Position numbers and translations under genes: made by a program. 19,694 nucleotides of DNA from a virus (lineage: Duplodnaviria > Heunggongvirae > Uroviricota > Caudoviricetes), in IMG/VR virus record IMGVR_UViG_2703718835_000001, positions 1 to 19,694 of that record. One strand, written 5' to 3'. Of the stretch, positions 16,402-19,694 are shown piece after piece (the stretch's first letter is position 1; each line of letters opens with the position of its first letter). The notes beneath the pieces were generated by a model that did not search any database, had not been told where the DNA came from, and was given only the letters and a program-made list of their open reading frames with translations.

Positions 16402-18086
16402 GCACAAAATTTTATACCCTGCTGACGGAGATTGGTGCGGCGAAACTTGCCAGCGCCGCCGCGCTCGGTGTGCCGCTTAAAATTACCCATATGGCGGTGG
16501 GGGATGGTGGTGGAGCATTGCCGACGCCGGACGCAAAGCAGACTGCACTGGTAAATGAGAAACGCCGGGCTGCGCTGAATATGCTCTATATCGACCCGCA
16601 GAACAGCAGCCAGATTATTGCTGAACAGGTGATCCCCGAAAACGAGGGCGGTTGGTGGATCCGTGAAGTGGGCCTGTTTGATGAATCCGGGGCATTGATT
16701 GCCGTGGGCAACTGCCCGGAAAGCTATAAGCCGCAACTGGCTGAAGGCAGCGGGCGCACCCAGACCGTGCGCATGGTGCTGATTACCAGCAGTACGGAAA
16801 ATATCACCCTGAAAATCGACCCTGCTGTAGTGCTGGCAACCCGCAAGTATGTGGATGACAAGGTACTGGAGCTGAAGGTGTATGTGGATGACCTGATGGC
16901 AAAGCATCTTGCCGCACCGGACCCGCATTCACAGTACGCGCCAAAAGCCAGCCCGACGTTTACCGGAACCCCCAAAGCGCCAACTCCAGAGGCAGGGAAT
17001 AACACCACGCAGGTTGCGACCACCGCGTTTGTTCAGGCGGCACTGCTCACCCTGATTGACGGTGCGCCAGCCACGCTGGACACGCTGAAAGAAATTGCAG
17101 CTGCTATTAATAATGACCCGAAATTCAGTACCACCATTAACAATGCGCTGGCACTCAAAGCACCGCTGTCGAGTCCTGCACTCACCGGAACGCCAACAGC
17201 ACCTACTGCGGCACAGTCGGTCAACAATACACAGATTGCCACCACGGCTTTTGTGAAATCGGCAATTGCGGCAATGGTGGGTTCTGCACCTGCGGCACTG
17301 GATACGCTGAACGAACTGGCGGCGGCGCTGGGGAATGACCCGAACTTTGCCACGACAATGCTCAATTCGCTGGCGGGAAAACAACCGCTGGATAATACGC
17401 TGACTAATTTGAGTGGAAAGGATGTTGCTGGTCTTCTCGCATACCTTGGTTTAGTAAATAACGGCGCAGTCGGTCGTCTGATTGGCATGCAGATAATCAA
17501 GACGTCTGGCACTTACACCAAAACTCCCGGAGCAATGTTCGCGGATGTCATCGCTATTGGGGGCGGTGGGGGCGGCGGATGGGCAACTTCCACAGCAAAC
17601 TATAACGCCGCGGGTGGTGGTGGCGGTGGCGGCGGAATGGCACGGGGTCTCTTTAACCTGTCTGCAATATCAACCGTGCTTGTCACGATTGGTGCGGGTG
17701 GTAATGGCGGTATTGCGTCGACGATAACCCATGGCGCACAGGGCGGCACGACGACTTTTGGCTCTTATCTCTCAGCAGGTGGAGGCCAGCCAGGCAACGG
17801 CTGCACCGCGTCAGTCTCCTCTGCGTCATGTGGCATGGGCGGTAATGGTGGCACTTCGACCGTGGGTGCCCTTTTGTGCAACGGGTACGCCGGGCTGCCC
17901 GGTGTGATGGCAACCCCAACAGCAGTCGGAGGGACTGTAGGTTCCGGACTTGGCGGCGGTAGCTTTATTTCTGGCCCTGGTGGGTATGGTGCTGGTGGTA
18001 ATGGCGCTGCAACCAGTGGTGGGGCGCAGAATGTCAACGGCAACCCGGGCAATGCTGGCGTGATTATTATTTTGGAGTATGCGTAA
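16398..18086 (+). CDS. H: Tail fibre protein, P2 gpH family, with internal tail-fibre repeats and a glycine-rich C-terminal receptor-binding region
   Basis: 562 aa. The N-terminus 'MSTKFYTLLTEIGAAKLA...' is gpH-like. Two tandem ~75-aa repeats carry 'TGTP.APT......NT..ATTAFV' and '...AP..LDTL.E.AAA..NDP.F'. The C-terminal ~180 aa are Gly-rich with polyglycine runs. Confidence 0.88.
   Translation: MSTKFYTLLTEIGAAKLASAAALGVPLKITHMAVGDGGGALPTPDAKQTALVNEKRRAALNMLYIDPQNSSQIIAEQVIPENEGGWWIREVGLFDESGALIAVGNCPESYKPQLAEGSGRTQTVRMVLITSSTENITLKIDPAVVLATRKYVDDKVLELKVYVDDLMAKHLAAPDPHSQYAPKASPTFTGTPKAPTPEAGNNTTQVATTAFVQAALLTLIDGAPATLDTLKEIAAAINNDPKFSTTINNALALKAPLSSPALTGTPTAPTAAQSVNNTQIATTAFVKSAIAAMVGSAPAALDTLNELAAALGNDPNFATTMLNSLAGKQPLDNTLTNLSGKDVAGLLAYLGLVNNGAVGRLIGMQIIKTSGTYTKTPGAMFADVIAIGGGGGGGWATSTANYNAAGGGGGGGGMARGLFNLSAISTVLVTIGAGGNGGIASTITHGAQGGTTTFGSYLSAGGGQPGNGCTASVSSASCGMGGNGGTSTVGALLCNGYAGLPGVMATPTAVGGTVGSGLGGGSFISGPGGYGAGGNGAATSGGAQNVNGNPGNAGVIIILEYA
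16944..17393 (+). repeat. Tandem duplication (2 x ~225 bp) inside H encoding tail-fibre repeat units
   Basis: Copy 1 (about 16944-17168) and copy 2 (about 17169-17393) encode 'KASPTFTGTPKAPTPEAGNNTTQVATTAFV...' and 'SSPALTGTPTAPTAAQSVNNTQIATTAFV...', clearly related repeats. Confidence 0.6.
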
Positions 18087-18482
18087 ATGAACTATGCAAT
18101 TATCAAAAATGGTATCGTAGAAAATATTGTTATCTGGGATGGCGAGTCAGAGTGGCCTGAATCAGCAAGTGCCATTCTCTCTACCGATGGTGTTGGTATC
18201 GGCTGGCATTACGATAACGATGTTTTTAGTGCGCCACCGCCAACTAATAAAGAACTTGAGGCAGCAAAACAGCAGAAAATAGCCAATAATCTGGCTACAA
18301 AAAACGCACTGATGAGTGAGGCGACACAACAGATTAGCGTTTTACAGGATGCTGTTGATTTGAGTATGGCGACAGATGCAGAAACCGTAGCGCTGCCATT
18401 GTGGAAGCAATACCGGGTATTGCTGAGCAGGATTGACGCTAACACTAATGCAGAGATTAGCTGGCCGGAAAAGCCAGCTTGA
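18087..18482 (+). CDS. G: Tail fibre assembly chaperone, P2 gpG/Tfa family
   Basis: 131 aa. The C-terminal 'LPLWKQYRVLLSRID...ISWPEKP' is typical of Tfa proteins. Lower GC than upstream tail genes. Confidence 0.85.
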   Translation: MNYAIIKNGIVENIVIWDGESEWPESASAILSTDGVGIGWHYDNDVFSAPPPTNKELEAAKQQKIANNLATKNALMSEATQQISVLQDAVDLSMATDAETVALPLWKQYRVLLSRIDANTNAEISWPEKPA

Positions 18483-18492
18483 ATTACTTCAT

Positions 18493-19575
18493 CTATTTTT
18501 TATTTAGCAATTTATAACAAGCCGCAAGAACATCGTCTGGTGATATATTCGACATCGGAATTGCTGAGCCAGACCAGCCATGTGCATTTATAAAATCTTT
18601 TGTGCCTACCTTGTTTTGTATCTCTGGTGGGAAAACCGTAATACAGTTCGAAAATTCCTCAGGGTATGGCACAAATGCATGCAAACCAGTACCATTCGAA
18701 ATACAAACAGTTTTAATCCCTGCCAGAGCACCAACATGGAACATGCCTGTGTCGTTTGCAATCAAAAGTTCAGATGAAAGAACAATATCGCACGACTCAG
18801 ATAATGTAGTCCTTCCAACAAAACCTGCTACAATATCCTTGTTATCGATATGCTCAATAAGAACATTGTAATCTGAAATTTCATCATTGGAGCCAATGAT
18901 TTTAAAATTGGCATTGTATGAAGATGATATGCTGTTTATTACATTTGCTAATTGTAATACAGGGTATTTTTTAAAAGGCGCAGAGGCTCCCAGTGAAATG
19001 CAAATATCAATCTTGCCACTGTCTTTATTTTTATTTTTTAGTGGAATTTCAACTTCGAATTTAGGAAATGGTATAATCTCAGAGAAAAACTCTTTATTCA
19101 TATCCAGGACATGCTTTGAAAAATCAATATCCGGCTTTGTGGAATAGCCAAAAAACTCCCTTTGATGGTCAGGTATATTCATACCATTGATGATGGCTCT
19201 ATCCCTCACACTAGAGATAAATGGAGTAACACGCAAAGTAGTTGACGCACCCCACCAATCTGGAACTATAATCTCATCGAAATTTGAGTGCTTAATTAAA
19301 TTTCTGATGTAAAACCTGATGGCTTTATTTTTAATCTTAGTATATGTGCTCTCTTTGGTTTGCACATAAGGAGTAACCTTATTACAATCAACCCAAATGA
19401 AATGATTAAATATATTCATATCAAACTTGAGAGAAAAATCTTTGAATGCAGTGTTGCCAAGCAAGGTGAATTTAGCGTGCTTATATTTTTCATCATCGCG
19501 GAGTGATTTCATGAATACTCGTGATAATAAGTGATCTCCGATGCCCACCAAGCTAACTATCAATACTTTTTTCAT
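18493..19575 (-). CDS. Glycosyltransferase family 9 (ADP-heptose:LPS heptosyltransferase-like) cargo protein
   Basis: 360 aa from the ATG at 19575, with a GAGGT ribosome-binding site upstream on the minus strand (the ORF track extends to 19611). N-terminal 'MKKVLIVSLVGIGDHLL' and C-terminal 'IANDTGMFHVGALAGIKTVCISNGTG' resemble GT9 heptosyltransferase signatures (WaaC 'MRVLIVKTSSMGDVLHTLP' and 'VSVDTGLSHLTAALDRPNITVYGPT', from memory). AT-rich. Convergent with G, with a 10-bp gap. Confidence 0.7.
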   Translation of the reverse strand: MKKVLIVSLVGIGDHLLSRVFMKSLRDDEKYKHAKFTLLGNTAFKDFSLKFDMNIFNHFIWVDCNKVTPYVQTKESTYTKIKNKAIRFYIRNLIKHSNFDEIIVPDWWGASTTLRVTPFISSVRDRAIINGMNIPDHQREFFGYSTKPDIDFSKHVLDMNKEFFSEIIPFPKFEVEIPLKNKNKDSGKIDICISLGASAPFKKYPVLQLANVINSISSSYNANFKIIGSNDEISDYNVLIEHIDNKDIVAGFVGRTTLSESCDIVLSSELLIANDTGMFHVGALAGIKTVCISNGTGLHAFVPYPEEFSNCITVFPPEIQNKVGTKDFINAHGWSGSAIPMSNISPDDVLAACYKLLNKK

Positions 19576-19694
19576 TATGTACCTCAATTTTTTTGTGTTA
19601 ATGGTACACACTCAGGAGTCATGAGTCGATAGTATCATGGCGTCGGGACAGGGGTTTACTACTCTCATCTTAAAGCAACCTTTGAAAATGGTCA

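Larger units (their letters stand above)
1..19694. mobile_element. P2/186-like temperate myovirus genome segment (prophage or phage), early replication region through tail-fibre module
   Basis: Gene order dam-A-[cargo]-Q(-)-P(-)-O-N-M-L-X-lysis-R-S-V-W-J-I-H-G-[cargo] matches the P2 map. Several proteins closely match remembered P2 sequences (N, X, V, and the A motif). TGT-N12-ACA late-promoter dyads are present. No integrase or att site is in the window, so prophage versus free phage cannot be decided. Confidence 0.9.

Noticed and set aside
17561-17640. GGN-rich DNA tracts as a CRISPR, simple tandem repeat or phase-variation tract
   Set aside because: The units are imperfect and simply encode polyglycine within the H reading frame. 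No repeat-spacer periodicity.
16398-18482. Invertible tail-fibre segment (Mu G / P1 C type) around H and G
   Set aside because: No recombinase (Gin/Cin/Hin-like) ORF and no flanking inverted crossover repeats. H and G are in the same orientation with a normal junction.
1-19694. tRNA, rRNA, CRISPR array, integrase or att sites
   Set aside because: No cloverleaf-like or repeat-spacer structure was recognised, and the integrase/att region of P2-like phages (between ogr and C) lies outside this window.

Overview
This window is a contiguous segment of a P2/186-like temperate myovirus (prophage or phage genome) from an enterobacterium. Gene order and protein motifs match the P2 map: an early region with a Dam-like adenine methyltransferase and replication initiator A; a LexA-box-controlled small ORF plus DinI-like gene; convergent portal Q and large terminase P; then O, N, M, L, X, a lysis cassette (holin, SAR endolysin, LysB/LysC spanins) and tail/baseplate genes R, S, V, W, J, I, H, G. 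Two AT-rich single-gene cargo insertions sit at the two classical P2 variable loci. The first (4232..5473, between A and Q) encodes a 413-aa protein whose N-terminal domain resembles nucleoside 2-deoxyribosyltransferase/Rcl-type N-glycosidases, and is the best candidate for an undescribed antiphage system. The second (18493..19575, minus strand, after G) encodes a GT9 heptosyltransferase-like glycosyltransferase. A cos-like 19-mer with an adjacent cluster of four GATC sites lies upstream of the first cargo gene. All functional calls rest on reading motifs and on remembered family sequences; no database search was run.
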